In this document: piece by piece, positions 13,797 through 26,784 of the stretch
Layout of the letters: the number at the start of each line of letters is the position of its first letter
Position numbering within the stretch: the stretch's first letter is position 1
Assembly (NCBI GenBank): GCA_973895155.1
Contig: OZ316893.1
Location: 806,860 to 870,859 of the forward strand
Direction of reading: 5' to 3'
DNA length: 64,000 nt
Source: Marsupella aquatica
Taxonomy: Eukaryota; Plantae; Marchantiophyta
The notes under the pieces: generated by a model
Database searches by the model: none
Told to the model about the DNA's origin: nothing
The model's input: only the letters and a program-made list of their open reading frames with translations
Made by a program: the position numbers and the translations under genes

Positions 13797-16700
13797 TGAC
13801 CAAGGTCAGCTACCTGCGATACCTTCTGGCATGCCTGCCCATAAACAGACAAGTGTGTTCTAATCGAAGCGAGCAGGGGAACGTGGGCGGTGTTGGAGAA
13901 ATGTCACGGCAGGTTGTCGTTTGGAAGAAACAGGACGGTGGATAAATACCTCCAACCTTGGAGAGGGGGGGTGTATGATTGGCCACACGTACATCCATCG
14001 GTTGAGGTGTAGTAAATTTTGGTCTCATTTGTCACATTAAGAGGGGAGGGTGGAGGGGGATCTCATTCTTTTTCCAGTCACGGTCTGTACCGAACCCATC
14101 AATAACATGCCTCTGGTGTCTTGGAAGAGAAGTGATGTTGGCTGCCATTCACAGGACCGGTTCGCAGCCCTTGTCTGCCCATCTTTTTCGCTGGGACGAC
14201 CATAACTGCATTCTAGTTCATTCACTGAATTCAGTGGAACCGGAAGATGCACGTTCGGTCCAATGGCTCTTGAGCAATTGTAGTTGCATCGCTCTCTTCG
14301 CAATCTTTCCGCGAGCTACCATTTGACGTCGACTTGATTACATAGTTAACTCTAGAAAATTTACATATATAATTAAGTCTGGCTGGATTATTTGGATCCT
14401 AGTTACAGATGGTCTCGTTCACGAGCAGAATTTGGACAAGGGCTGGTAAAACTATTTCTTGACATCGGATTGGGGCCCTTCAGTAGTCATGAAAATTGAT
14501 GAAAATTGGTTTAGTCGTCTAGATCTGGAAAGGGAATTATGTCTTCTCTTCTTTTGTTTTACATTTTTGCTACTTGGAGCAAGAGACGCAGAGGTAGAAA
14601 TGTGAGGTGGTAACTTAACGTAGATGCAAGTGGGGTTGGAGGGGAGGGGGGGGGTGGGGGTGAGGGGGAGAGGGGTGAGGGGCCATTCATTACTGAGCTG
14701 AACTAAGAGCTTAGAGGAGGCAGATGTGCAGTGTAGGACATTATAATGGAGAAAGCAATTCTGTTCTGTTCCGTCGTCCAGTTTATTCAGGAACATCAAT
14801 TGAGCCAAAGAGTTGGCTCTCTAGTAGGCTGTCCAATTTCCAACACGGTGGATCTTGGCCGAGATCCACATCAATGTCATTATCACAACAACCATTGCCA
14901 TAAAGCAACACGCATTCGTGTACACCTGAACAAAGTACGTGGAAACTCGAGTCTGTTTTTGCAATTGAGGTTGTCAGCATCCGATGTGGAGCTATGCATG
15001 AGGTCGAGCACGCCATGTTTCTGTCGAAATCATGTGAGAATCCTGCCTTCTGCAGGATAGGCTGTTATTGCTCTCTGCAGCCATGCCTTTTCTTTTGGAA
15101 CAGTTGGGTCCCCCCTCAAAGCTTTAGCCATCCATGCGAGTCAAACGAGTTCATGCTGAGTTGTACCTTGTATGCCCTAGTTTACCAGTACTTGAACTCT
15201 GTTGTACAAAAGATCCTCCGCTCGCATCTCATGACTTGGCGAGCGCAGGTCATTATCAGTAACAGTCATGTCTAAAACGCTCAGATACATCTCCGAGGAC
15301 GCAGATTTGCATTTCTTGGCAGGCGTGCAGCTGCAGATCGTAAGAGGAGGCACTCCAAGAAGCTGCTGCCGCTTGTATGCCTCCATGGTAATAGTGATAA
15401 TCAATCACTCGGCAGGTCGAGTGTGAAACACGTCATGTGGAGAGAGTTTTGCGCACGAATTGGGGCTTTCCGGCTGTGTAAGGTCGATCATGACATATCT
15501 CCACGAATTGGCCGTGACATCCTCTTTGTACGTTGTAGTGTTGTTAAGTTTACGTCTACGACCCTATGGACAGGGGCTCCAGCTCTTAGGTCCGTCTTCT
15601 AATAACAGGGCTCAAAAGAAGTGAACGCCTGGTGATTATCATGATGATTCGATTTATTAGGTTGTCAGTAAGACAAACCTTTCCTTCTTGGTTTTCGTTG
15701 TCCGTGTCCCGACTCGTTTCGTTTCTGAAAGTGCAACGGCTGCTGTGTACTAACCCTTGAATTCTGAAGTAGATGATGCAACGCTTTCTCTAGATGTTCT
15801 TCGACGGCTTTTCATGTACCTCTTGAAACTCCCCAATTGCCGTGGATAGTACGGAGCAGCTATGCCAATCACTAAATACAGAATGCTTACATCGGCACCA
15901 ACTGAAAGTCCTATTCAATCGCAAAAAGTGAGAATCCGAGCTGGTTGTCTAGTGCCCTTGAGCTTTTTAGGTGAATAAGAAATATATATATATCTCCGCA
16001 TTTGACGGATGGCAGGCAGTTTGGTATTGAACGTGATGCCTCCCTGTCTTGCCAAAAAAAGGCTCGAGGATAGCGTACTTCAAAGTAGGTGGTGAGGGCT
16101 CTCATTACAGTAGTGACAGACAAGTGGAATTTTTTATCAACTACTTTTTGAAGAGTTGCTCACTTCTCACAGAGCTCGTTCTCTGGTACCACTACAGACG
16201 GATTTGACATGTGAACGCAATCAGTCATGGCTTTCTGAAAGGGCTAGATTTTCTGCCCACCTCTGGCCAGGCAGCCAGCCAGCACCGTGTCTGGCGTGCA
16301 ATTCTGCTGCTGCAACCTTCTGGAAATGTAGATGATGACTTCTGGACCTGTTGTACTCCGAGACATTTTACACTGCCCATGTTCAATTTGTATGCGAATG
16401 GCTACAGGCAGCAGCTTGATACTTATTGTGGCTTTGCAAGACATTGGGGGCTTAACTGAATTTACAGATCCAAGAGTGACATCCTCCACCAGAGCGTGGT
16501 GAAAGACGTCGATTGTTAAAGGAAATTAGATTTGACCACGGTAACCTCAAATCCTAATCTGTGTCGTTGTCCCTGGCACTATCCCTATTGTCCTCATGAT
16601 CCACTTGCTTGTCGCTGTGGACCCGGAATGTGCATGGACATGGTGGGCCAGCGGGGGGTTGGAAAAAGGCAAATGTGCTTGCCAGTTGTAAGAAGGAATG

Positions 16701-19700
16701 GAGACGCAAGGCTACAAATTATTGAAAGAGGTCAAAGGGAGAACATGAGAGGCTGATGATAGGGGCAAGCAAGCGAGAATAAGAGAACATTTATTCCAGG
16801 TAATTCTAGACGAAGGAACAGCACTCCTCACCCAGACCTCCTGACCTCGAGAATCGGTCGTTGAATCCGAAGGGGAAAAAGGACCGATGAATAGTCTAAA
16901 ATGACAATAGCCTCTGTCATCGTGAGTTGTGCGCTCATCCTTATAAGGACGCTGCACGCTAAACCGTGTGAGAGTGCGAAGCTTTCTACAATCATGGAGG
17001 CCGATGTTAGCGGAAAACAAATGTCAATGAAGAGAGAATCGGATGTCCAGCCACTGACTATTCAGCAGTCTCAAATCATCGCATAACCATAAAAGAGCAT
17101 CTCCGCACAACACACGACTGTACAGTACAGAGAAATTGTACGTAGACTTTTCCGGTATTCAAGGGGATCTAAGAAAAGATGATCCGGTCAAAGCGCATTC
17201 ATGAGAATGATCATAGTTATCTGAATTCTAAAAAAGGTCCGTCAGGCTTATCTGCAATCCACTCTCCACGAGATCTGCCCCACTAGTGAGCGAGCTTGCA
17301 GGAGCATAACCCACTTCGGGGGTGATGAACCTGGTTTGTTGAGGTGGGTCGCTGGCATGGGAAGCGCAACACATGTCACGTTGGAAAGGGATCACGGGAG
17401 TCGATTGTGCGTGGGGCGGTCAACTGTATAAGTTGCTGCCTCTGCAACGGGGAACGGGATGCCATCATCACCCCATCCATTCTTATCTCCTCTGCTGCTG
17501 CTGTGCGATCTTGTGCTTTTTATTCTTTGGCAGGGAGCATGCTACCTCTGTGCAGCTCTGCCCACTGTACACTGATGCGAGCGAAAACTTACTCGTGTTA
17601 AGAGGGCATCAGAGGCACGGCATAAATTGGACGAGTACCCTTTCTATTCAAACACATATTCCGGGAACAGTCCTTCCAAAATTCCCTTTCAGAAAGTTAA
17701 GCCTACCATAATCATAAAAAATGGAAAAAAACTTATTTGACAAAATTTCACTAGAGTAGTCTTTTAAAAGATATTAGTAATTTATTTCAGTATTATAACT
17801 TACCGGTAAGAAGTAAATATGTAATATTAGTTCAAAGAAGTCAATAGAGAGTCAAAACTCTCCACTGTCTGGTAAAAAGTAAATATGAAAACTCAAAGTA
17901 GTCATTAGAGAGTCAAAACTCTCCCACTAAAAAAAAGTAGATCTAATGCTCTAAGTCATAGATAAATCTATTCAGCTGGAAGAGGGAGGGTGTAACACTT
18001 TATTAGTTGCAAGATAAACAAAAACAAGCCAAACCTGTTTAAAGTGAACTAGCCTGATTACCTGTTCTTTGAACCTAAATGGAGATGAAGACCAAGAAAA
18101 AAACTTACAAAACAAGGATGCTGTTGTTCATCTTTGCCTCCATCCTCGTTTTTTTCCATCCTCACTTCCATTTTGTCTTTAATAACTCTTATTTTTGTCT
18201 TTATTTAGTATCAATGTCAGTTTTGTTAAATAGTCTTTGCTCCCATCTTCTTCTTTTTGTACATTTTCACTCTTCAGTTTTGCACTATTGAGAGTCAATG
18301 TTTACAGGTTTCACTCTAAACAATAGCCCTTGAAAGTAGCTTTACATTAGGCTTTATTAATAAAATAGTTCAAGAGTGAACTATTTACTAAATTTAGTGT
18401 ACCTTTTCTTACCAAACCCCCACTTCATCCGAATGTGCTGGCCTGCTGCCCTATTCTAACCAAAATTACGTGCGTTCTGCGTCTTTGAGTCTTCTACTCA
18501 AGTACTCATCCTCTCGTTAGATACACTTATTAGCAGACCTGACTGCTTGACTTCATATTTGGCCGTTGGTAGCCCCAAACAAAATGATTTTCTATCCATT
18601 TTGATAAATTCTCGTATTTGCAGTTTGCCCACGTGAAAATATTCCTTTGTTTTACCTATTCACTGACAACAATTTTACCTTGGGACAAGAGTCTATTGGT
18701 CAATTCATTCCCTGACCAGCATGTTTTCTTCCATCACGCCAGTTTACTCACCTAGTCACAGACCCCATTCACCAAAATCTGACAGCTATCCTGACAGGGA
18801 GATCTAACGGTCACATATTAATCTAGACCATAACTTTCCTTCCCATTTTGTGACATTCGCCACCTTAGCTTCTAGCGAGAAAAGGAAAATGGTTAAAACT
18901 TACCCTGGCTCTGACTGACGACAGGACTCTAAGGGACAAAGCCGAGCATCGGAAATCACGGACATGTAACCTGAAACTGGCCAGTAGATCCCCACGCACG
19001 CGATCGAATTGGACGGTCTGCGTGAGCCGGCGGGATTCTGCAGCAGTTGATTCCTGCAGGCCAAATGGAAACCCTCCCGACGATATGATTAATGATGGAG
19101 GAAGAGAATCTAAGGCCCGCCATCTGCCCGTAGCAGTGAAGGCTCCATTAGCGCCGTTGATCTGGGCTTCACGGGTGCATTCTTGGATAAAGGGTGGCAT
19201 ACATTACCGCGGTACGGAGGTCGTCGTAACTGAGTAACTGACCGTAGTTAGATCATTCTCCTCGCCACAGTGTCCAGTACGTTGGAGCACGAAAACCAAT
19301 GTCAGCGTACACCTAATCTCATTAGTTCTGGAGGAGTGTTTTAAATTATCTTTCCAAAAATTCAACTATAATATTATATTATTAAAATCAAGGAGAATTG
19401 GTGATGGGGAGTGGACTGACCACACCCGTGACATAATCCACGGAACTCATTCATCACATACGCATTGATTCATATATATCACAGTGCCCCAAGGGCAAAA
19501 AACGCTGAACCTGGAGATAAGAACCCAAAGGTAAAGTAACCAATGAAGGGGAGGAAAAGAGGAGAAAGGGCAATAAATCTACTGCAATAAATCTACTTGG
19601 TACTTTGTTTGCTTGGTAAATAAATCTCGGGTGGATTGAGAGATTTGCTCTAATGCAGGATGGATTTCCAGAACTTGGATGGACTGGGGTAGAACTTCTA

Positions 19701-22700
19701 AAGAGACTCCAACAGCATCTTTTACAGTTTGACTGAGATCTAACCTATAAATTGGCTCTTGTGTGTTTATAACTAATTTTAATTAGTATCATCTGATAGT
19801 AGATCTCCATGCCAAAACTACTTAGGTGTCTTCAGAGAACTAGGGTACTTCCCAACAATGGTAATTTGTTGCTCACTCCCAAACTACTTAGAGAGTTCTT
19901 CACAAAAGTGACCCATTGGTTAACAGTGTGAACCATTTATTCTTAGGTTGATAGAGTTACAATATAGCTGCAATTAGTCTAAATTAGTCTAACCGTAGAT
20001 AGTTGCTTGGTAAGGTTGGATGATTGTGCCACCTACAATATTTGTTACCAAGACTTAGTTGGTCAATGGGTCTAAGGCTCATTGTTATGGAACCAGTTGA
20101 GTGATAAAGAGAGCTTAGTCTGTGGAGATTAGGTACGGCCGAGAAGCTTAGACTGTATAACTCTCTTGTGTGTTCTCCTGGATGTAGTGTGTGGAGAGGT
20201 GGTCAAACCACATATCTCATGTGCTGGCTACTTGTTTGTTTGTGGGATGTGCATGTTATCTTAGGAGTAACAATTGTTTGCTCACATGCAGTTGATTCTG
20301 GAAAACTACACGAGATGTCCTTAAAAAAAGTGAAGTGTCCTTCCAAAAGCAGTCAGTTTATTTTTCTCTCAATGTAACTTGACTAATGGCTTAGTTTAAT
20401 TACTCAGTCCATGGGATGGGCACAACAAACCCCTTTGTCGATGTGCGCTTTATTATTTGTTTGATTAAGATTGCTCTTTTGCTTTAATTTTCTTGGCACA
20501 AAAGAATGACAAAAAGTTACCATGCATCGAATGAAACTAATGCATGCGAGAAAAAAATTCACTATTTAACATTTAGGGATAGAATTTGAAATTATACCCT
20601 ACATTCCTCCTGGCAAAAATTATCCTTGAGTGGAGCAAAATGAAATTGCAAAAAATCAGCAAACACAATCCTATTACAGAGTCTCAAAGCTTCAAAACTC
20701 ACACTCTTTATTTTATTTACTTATTTTTACACTCTTTAATTAGTGAGTTAGATATTACAGATACAATACTCATGCTCTTCTAAATGAGTGTCCCTTACTT
20801 TTTGTTCCTAACATACATCCATAAGACATGACCATAAAGAATTTCAACTGGTGGGCACAAAAAATCTAAAATCCGAGAATAGCACCTGCCAGATTCTTTG
20901 CCATATTGTTCCAGTAGTGAGACATCAAGTAATACACCTAAACTCGACTGTTATCTGAGCCACACACAGCGTGGCCGTCATGAGGGCCTTCCGGTAATTG
21001 CACATAAAAATCAACGGTCAGATATGTATGTATTTAGAATAACACTCAATGATTCCAACAAAATATTTGGGTTTATCATCGTAGGCAGTGACATAGTCCA
21101 GAGTATGTGAGGGTGTCTCAAACCTTTACATCCGGAAAAAAATCACTGGCTCGGAAGTACCATTCCGATCTGGGGTCACAAGTGCGCAGACATTCAAGCA
21201 TTTTTCGTGTGTGCCACTTTAGATGTTTGTCACCACATTTTGAGATGCAATTACCGGGATGCATCGTGAACACAACAGGAGGCAAAACAGAGATGTTTGT
21301 CACCACATTTTGATATGCAATTACCTGCATGCATCACGAAGGACAGGTCAAGTTTACTGTAATTCCCGTGGGAAGGGGAAGCCACGACCAGGCGACCTCT
21401 GCTAGCCCACAAGCAGAAATAGATTATTCTGGAAACCATTCCTCGGGAGTTTCAACATGATAATCAGAGACTATGCTCAACATGATAATCAGAGACGATG
21501 CACAGTGATGATGGTCGCCAGCTCATTCTCGTCTCAGGACATGCGCTGGTGTGGTCGTCAGCTATCCACCTGCATGACCTCCCCACGAGCCCGCTATGAA
21601 TGGAGGAAATTCTTGAGTTCATGCACTTGTCCGGCCTCCTTTGAAATGAGCTACCTCTGATATTTTTTGTCTGTGCAACGATCATGTAAAGTCACACCAA
21701 CAAGTTCACGTTGAGCTTGTCCATTGCTTATATTGAACTCTGCGAATTCCACGACCTGTTAAGTTGCGAGCCAGCGATGTACCCTGCATGCGATCAGATG
21801 CGTAGGGAATGATTTCTGCTGCAGGACTTCCCTAAGCTGCATTGAACTTGCTCTGGTATGCATGCGTCTCTCCTATCCTCTTCTCGTCCTTCTATCTGCC
21901 GGAGTGTACTTGTTGAGGCCTCTCCCTTCCTTGTATGGTAGTTTATGTGAATGGTAGAGATTGTCCCTGACGTAGATTAGCACAAAGATGTAACGGTCTC
22001 CCTCGGACTGTTTGCTTCGATCATTCATTCTGCCAGGCTCGAATGTATAGGGAGTCCCTCCGTACCAGTGGGACGTTGGTCTAAACTGGGATCGCTTTGA
22101 ATTGACAGTCACCAACACACCATGCACGTGACATTTGAACCCATCAGTGCACAGCACCGAAGGGGCTCGACTCTCTTGCCAGAACTCCAAAGCGAATGAC
22201 TGAAATGCAAAGCTCTCGCTGGCCTAATCTCTCACACACAGATGTGGAGAGAATGAACAGTGAATGCACAGATTAGCCACGCCTGAATTTGGTAACAATA
22301 TATGCTCTGCGAAATTCGAGTGATATACTGTGGGTAATATGGTCTCTGTCATGGTTCCCTGACCAAACCCATGGACTAAACCCAATAGACTAAACTAGAC
22401 CAAATACTCTTGGTGATATGGTCTCTCATTATATTTCCCTAACCTTGCTAGCGTCTGAACCCATTTCAGTATATATTGCCCAGGTGCATTCCAGAACAAT
22501 TTGGCCTTCCTTGACTTGAAGTAGGAGGTGAATTGGACAAAATTATCAGCAACCTGAGAGGGAAAATAAAGTGCACAGCATCTTCAGGGTTCACAACTTT
22601 AGATTCAATTTGTCAAGAAAGACACACCCAAGTTTAGATAGAAAAGACTTCAATTAAACTAAAATTGCAGAAACTTACAGTGACCATGGCAAATTGCGTT

Positions 22701-22849
22701 GAGTTGTGCAACTTTCTATGGTAATTAGATATCTCATTTGGCTCTCTCAGTAGGTTAGCTTAGTTTAGTTTATTGGGTTTCTGTGCTCACCTGGTACCAG
22801 TTCCCCCAGTGGCTGCTAAGGATCTGGGAATTGTCGTTAGTGACCTTCC

Positions 22850-23200
22850 TTGCTATCATATCATTGTTCCTAGGTAAATTCTTAGGGTACTTAGGAAAGT
22901 ACTTTGCCTCCAAGTGCCCCACCTTGCCACAAAATTCACAGTACAACTCCTCCTTTGAAAGATCACATTCATTATTTAGCCATATGATTGGGATTACCAC
23001 AGCACAAGGGGGAAGCACAGGGGCAGCTCTGTGTGCATGTTTGGCCTTCGGACCATATTGGGAGCCTGCAAGGTGCTGCTGCATGGTGTACGGGTATCGG
23101 ACCTCGAAGCGCATGCAATGTTGACTTCATAATGTGCATGGGCCACCTCTAGCATATTGGCAATATCCTACACATTAAACAATGTATAGTTTTTACCATA
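22850..23200 (-). pseudogene. Decayed gag fragment related to the element at 39948-48772
   Basis: YTLFNV..LEVAHAHYE...QYGPKAK..NECDLSKEELYCEFCGKVGHLEA aligns with YTLLNV..LELAHAHYE...QYGSKTK..NECDIVTEDLSCDFCGKVGHLEA at 42720-43020. Confidence 0.8.
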
Positions 23201-24039
23201 TTCTAAACCTGAGGACTTCACTTGTTTTCTTCCAATCCGTCGGGCACAAAAAAGCATAGGGTTTTTTAATTCAATTTTGCTGAAGACTAATTAGTTCCGT
23301 TGCAAAGGGGTGTATAAATGCTTGTATGTATTTATTTGTAAGCTTGAGATAAGACAATTTAGAGGACCTCTATATGCAAGTGACAAATGTCAATTGAATC
23401 TTTAATTGGTCCACATGTCACTGCATCATGTAGATAGGCTTTAGAAAGCAATTAGGGGCACAATATATGGGGGTTGTCAGTGGGAATGTTGTTGCAGCAC
23501 ATACAGGAAAGAACATGATATAGTTTAGGTGTTTTATGATGACATTTACATGTTTTCCTAAATTCTAGCTCAAGGATTTGGCACATTAAAAATTCTAGCT
23601 CAAGAATTTGACACATTTGTCCACAGGGTAAGCAAAGACATGAGTGCCTATTATGGGAGGAATACCCACATTAGGGTATGCGAGGATAGGCACAGTAATA
23701 GGTACAAGAGTAAGGGCAGGAGTTGGAGAGCTAGGTGGAGCACTAACATGGGCTCCAACAACACTCTACAACGGTACCTGTGAGGCAGCCACAAGAGCAC
23801 TGTGGTGTGAGGGGGAGACCAACAATTGTTTCTTTCACATAGAGGCTGCATTTGGCATTAAATAACTTGTGTTCAGAGTGAGCTTCAGTTGAAGACTAGA
23901 GGGATGCAACAATTCAAGCTAGGAAGCAAGCATTGTGGACAAAGGATGGCGACGTAATAAAAAAAATCAATTTGCAACAGCTAAGTTTGTGATGGTGACA
24001 AGATTGTGATATTTCTTAGTCGAGAAAGGGTTAAATCCA

Positions 24040-24560
24040 ATGAGCCTAAGATTGACAAATTTTTTCAAGTTTCAAATGAGTTTTTGAATTTCTTTGCCTT
24101 TCCAATGAGTGTGAGTCTAGGAAATTTAGATTATGAGTTCATGAATTCTTTTAGCTTTCCAATATTGAGTCCGTCATTGACAAATTCCATGTCAGATTTT
24201 GTCACGGTACTAAAGAGATCATGAGGTTTTCAATCTCTAGCTTTCTATTGTGTGACATTGATATTATTCGTCAAGAATTAGAGAGATCATGAATATCTGA
24301 ATTTCTCTAGCTTTCCAATGAACCTAACATTGATAGATTTTGCAGGTACTATGGAGATGATGAGTTTTAATTTTACTTTAGTTTTCCAATGAGTGTGACA
24401 TTGAGAGATTTTATCAAGAGAATACTAAAGAGGTCACTAATTTCTCAATCTTGATCTTGAGTTTTCCAATGAATCAAACATTGACAAATTTTATCAAGTA
24501 CTAAGGAGATTGATTATTTAGTTTTACAATGTGAAACCAAAGGGGTTTTAATTATGTACA
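24040..24560. repeat. Degenerate ~70 bp tandem repeat array
   Basis: Unit approx. TTTCTAGCTTTCCAATGAGTGTGACATTGACAAATTTTGTCAAGTACTAAAGAGATCATGAG; the CTTTCCAAT-like core recurs near 24098, 24155, 24241, 24311, 24382 and 24462. Confidence 0.75.
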
Positions 24561-24578
24561 TTTATATCGATTGGTTTT

Positions 24579-24910
24579 TGTTGAACTAAGATGTCATTCG
24601 CAACGACCATACAACCATGACTCATTCCATGCACACGTAGTCGACACAATCTCTACGTGGTTCACCTCTTCTCCAAGGCTACGTCCACACGAACACTCAA
24701 GCTTTACTTCAAGAGTAGACGAACACACATCCTCTCCCTCTTCCTCAAGTTGCTCTATTACAATCAGTAAGCACCACACACCAGCGGCTTACACTAGCCC
24801 TAGTATATACAAGGTCACACACGACTAATCTAACCTTAGCTAAGATCCTAACTGTGGTTAGCCTAAGTGCCGTAACCTATGAGTCACAAGACTAAGAGCA
24901 ATCCTTAACA
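24579..24910 (-). mobile_element. Solo LTR (Copia family related to the LTR at 35482-35830)
   Basis: TG...CA ends (TGTTGAAC/CCTTAACA), GTTTT TSD on both sides; closely similar inverted copy at 60330-60663. Confidence 0.9.
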
Positions 24911-26784
24911 GTTTTTTCAAAAGTGCAAACAATTAAAAAATACAAGCATTTTGATATAAAACACTGATATATCTTTGATAAATATCAAAATGGTAACTTT
25001 ATTTTACTAAATGACATCTCTTCCTTTATATTTTGGTTTTTTTACGTTTGATATTTATGGCATGGCACCCCAAAAATTACGTTGTTTTTGCCACAAACAG
25101 GAATGTGCATGTTTCTTATTCATTGTTAAAAGTAGGATCATTCCTGTTTGTGGCTGGTTGTGGTGATGTGGCGCAACCTTGTGACAGGGAATTTGCAAGA
25201 GACCTCTCATGGGGGTCCATAACGAGAACTATTAGATATCCTAGAAGACTCACACATGACTATTTGTGTTTGAGGCAATATAAAGAAAACAGATAGATCC
25301 CGTAATTGTAAAAACAATGGAAACTGGAAAGTAACACTTCAAATAAGCAAAGACATGGGTAGAAAAAGAGTAAAAGAGAATAATCTTTGGATGAGTTGTA
25401 ATTGATATATCAGTGTTTTCAAGGGGTTTGTATTTAATTGGCAAATTTCTTAATTTAACCATGGATAGAAAAAAAACTCTTCAGCTTCTGTAACATTTAT
25501 TACTATGGTAATGTAAGAAACTCTTGAGCTACTATGGACATAGGAATACCAAGGGCAAGTGAGAAACACTTTGGTTACTATGGAGAAAGCAATACCAAAG
25601 GAACTTAAGAAACCATTTGACTTTGATTCATAATGTTTTTGCATGGATTGTATCATAATGGAATGCTATATGAATTGCATGAACATATTAGTACCAAGGA
25701 TATGTTGTGAAAGGACTTGTACCATGAATAATCTTCTCTTTGTCTGCAATGAAATTGAATATGTTCTAACTACCTTAACACCCACTCCATTCACCATCCT
25801 CAATTTAATCTTTCTCATCTCCATAGTCAAACCAATCAGGAACTCTTCCTTGCTCTAACTTGTTGAGTAACATCAAGCTTACATAACCAAGCGGGTAACC
25901 AAGGGGTCCTCGAACTAATTCTCATGTTCAACCCACATGATGTGAGCTATATATTAAAAAAAAATGTGTTTCCCCAGAGAGATGAAACCCTAAGGGGACT
26001 GGCACTTTGATTATCAATCAAAGTGGTGGTTGCCAAATCAGAAATGGGATTTGGTTCTCCATTATCTGCGCCCAATTCATGTCAAAGGCACATGTAGTGA
26101 GTTGTTTAAAAAGACAATGTACCTTGGAGAGAACTTACATAAAAGGGAACGGACACTCCCCACTCATATTCTGTTCTAACACTAATTCATGAGCACAATT
26201 AATGTCAATTTGGGTTCAAGAGAGGAAAAACAGTGGAGAAAAACTTTGCTTTACAAAAATTTCATACTTTTTTGTACTTTTTATTTTCAATACATTCAAA
26301 CAGACCAAAAAGGCAGAAAAATTGAAAAGGTCCAAAGAAACAACGAGCCACACCCAAGGGAGCACCTAGGAATAATAGCCCCATGAGAAGGGTCATCCGA
26401 AAGGCCTAAAACATAAAGCAGTAGAGAAAACCAATTTTGAAAAATTTAAAAATTAATACCAATAACAAGAAGCCTTAAGGGATGAGTCCAAAGCCTTATT
26501 TCTCTTTTCACAATCTTCATGATATTCAAAAATGTGTACCAAAAAACCACCAAAAAATGGTATGTATTTTCCAAACTAGACTCAAGAGAATTTTACCACC
26601 AAAATCTAAGCATATCTTATATGATATTCTCACAATTGTATAAACCTTGAAATATGCACTTTATAAAAGTAGTCAAAATCAAACTCATCGATCAGAGTTT
26701 AAGTCAAACTCAAAGTTTTACAGAATATAACCCAACTTAACCCCAAGTGGTTTCAAATGCTACGAGTCCCTCTATTTACCTAGT

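Noticed and set aside
7740-18860. Pack-MULE enclosing the RRM gene
   Set aside because: The similar segments at ~7855 and ~18800 are in direct, not inverted, orientation and no TSD was found.
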